Source: Mobula hypostoma (taxonomy: Eukaryota). Taken from it: a DNA stretch of 64,000 bases. Below the pieces are notes generated by a model. It worked only from the letters and a program-made list of their open reading frames with translations, ran no database searches and was not told the DNA's origin. The position numbers and the translations under genes were made by a program. Shown piece after piece: positions 62,212 through 64,000 of the stretch. How positions within the stretch are numbered: position 1 is the stretch's first letter; each line of letters starts with the position of its first letter. The stretch covers positions 199,518,001 through 199,582,000 of the forward strand of contig NC_086100.1 in assembly GCF_963921235.1 (NCBI RefSeq), read 5' to 3'.

Positions 62212-63697
62212 CTCAAACATGAGTACATCTGCACAGGCTGGAAATCCAAGGTGACACACGCAAAATGCTGGAGGAACTCAGCAACCCAGGCAGCATCTAT
62301 GGAAAGGAATAAGCAGTCGACATTTCGGGATGAGACCCTTCATGAGGACTGGCGAAAAGGATGAGGTCAGAGTAAGAAGGTGGGGGGGGAGGGGAGGGAG
62401 ATGGTAGGTGATAGGTGAAATGGAGAGGGGGAGGAAGTTGATCGGTTACAGAGAAGAGGAGGAATCTGATAGGAGAGGGTAGAAGACCATGGAAGAAAGG
62501 GAAGGAGGAAGAGCACCAGAAGGAGGTGATGGGCAGGTAAGGAGAATTGTGTGAGAAGGAAACAGAACTGGGGAATGGTGAATAGGTGGGTAGAACTTTG
62601 ATAAATTGATGTTCACGCCATCATGTTGGTGGCTAACCAGATGGAACATTAGATGTTGTTCCTCCAACCTAAGTGTGGCCTGATTGCTGCAGTAGAGAAG
62701 GCCATGGACTGACATATTGGGATGGGCATAGGAAGTAGAATTGAAACAGGTGGCTACTAGGAGATCCCGCTTTTTCTGGTGGATGGATTGTAGGTGCTAA
62801 GTGAAGTGGTCTCAGAGCATCTACATTGGGTCTCACCTATATACAGGAAGTCACACCGGGAGCACTGAACATGGTAGATGACCACTACACACTCTCTCAG
62901 ATTATGGCTCCTCACCCAGAAGGACTGTTTGAGACCCTGAATGGTAGTGAGGGAGAAGGTGTAGGGGCAGGTGTAGCACTTGTTCCACTTGCAAGGACAA
63001 GTACCAAGAGAGAGATCAGTGGGGAGGGATGAGTCAACAAGGGAGTCACATACGGAAAGTGGAAAGTGGAGCGGGGATGGGGGTGGTGGTGGAGATGTGC
63101 TTGCTGGTGGGATCCCATTGGAGATGGCGGATATTATGGAGAACTATGTGCTGGACGTAGAGGCTGGTGGGGTGGTAGGAGAGAAAACGAGGAACCCTAT
63201 CCCTGGTAGGGTGGTGGGAGGTTGGGGTGAGGGCAGACGTGCACAAAATGGAAGAGATACAGGTGAAAGCAGCATTAATGGTGGAGGAAGGAAACACCTT
63301 TCTTTGAAAAAGCAGGACATCTCATGAAGTTTGGAAAGAAAAGCCTTATCCTAAGAGCAGATGCGGTGGAGATGAGGGAACGATGAGAAGGGGAGGGCAT
63401 TTTCACAGTTGACAGGGTGGGAGGAGGTATAGTCCAGGTAGCTGTGAGAATCAGTGGATAGACTTTCTCCAGAGATAGAGACAAATCAAGAAAGGGGAGG
63501 GAGGTGTTGGAAATGGACCATGTAAATTTGAGGGCACAGTAGAAGTTGGAAACAAAGTAGGAGAAGTCGATGAGCCCAGCACGGGTGCAGGGGGCAGCAC
63601 GAATGCAGTCGTCCATGTAGCATAGGAAGAGTTGGGGAGCGGTACTGGTGTCGGATTGGAAGATGGACTGTTCCACATAGCTGACAAAAAGACAGGC
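62212..63697 (-). mobile_element. Penelope-like element (RT end, GIY-YIG, terminal repeat), degenerate
   Basis: LFLCYMDDCI, LKFTWSIS..LPFLDL, YHPTSL..HIVLHNIRHLQ, YIGET, RLEEQHL. Confidence 0.9.
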
Positions 63698-63699
63698 AT

Positions 63700-63975
63700 C
63701 GAGGACATCTTCAAACGGTGATACCTTAAGAAGGCAGCATCCATCATTAAGGACTCTCAGCATCTGGGACAAGCCCTCCTCTCATTGCTACCATCAGGCA
63801 GGAGGTACAGGAACATGAAGACCTACACTCAATGTTTCAGGAACAGCTTCTTCCCCTCTGCCATCTGATTTCTGAACAGTCCATGAACCCATGAACACTA
63901 CGTCACCATCTTGCTCTCTTTTGGCACAACTGTTTTGTTTATTAATGTAACTTAACGTAATACTTTTATGTGATG
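63700..63975 (+). mobile_element. Rex/Babar RT C-terminal fragment
   Basis: KAASIIKD..LLPSGRRYR..FRNSFFPSAI. Confidence 0.75.
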
Positions 63976-64000
63976 AGTGGTGTACCACGGGGATTGGTTC

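Overview
Gene-poor, repeat-saturated vertebrate DNA, most likely from a cartilaginous fish (ray or shark). The inference rests on V-SINE/HE1-type SINEs and the CR1, Penelope and Rex/Babar repertoire. No intact host gene is visible. The window is a nested set of CR1, L1, Rex/Babar, HERO-type and Penelope-like retroelements (the last with minimal hammerhead ribozyme motifs), hAT, Tc1 and Tigger relics, and three Gypsy lineages. One Gypsy is a near-complete CsRN1-type provirus (51226-55571). There is also a 100-bp monomer array, a G-rich compound repeat and locally duplicated blocks. The most notable object is the 3' half of an endogenous retrovirus (~25460-28229: integrase, env, PPT, LTR). Its integrase is class I-like, but its Env TM subunit has a Cys-bounded internal fusion loop and aligns without gaps to filovirus GP2. 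All family calls are by-eye motif recognition; no database searches were run, and many boundaries are approximate.
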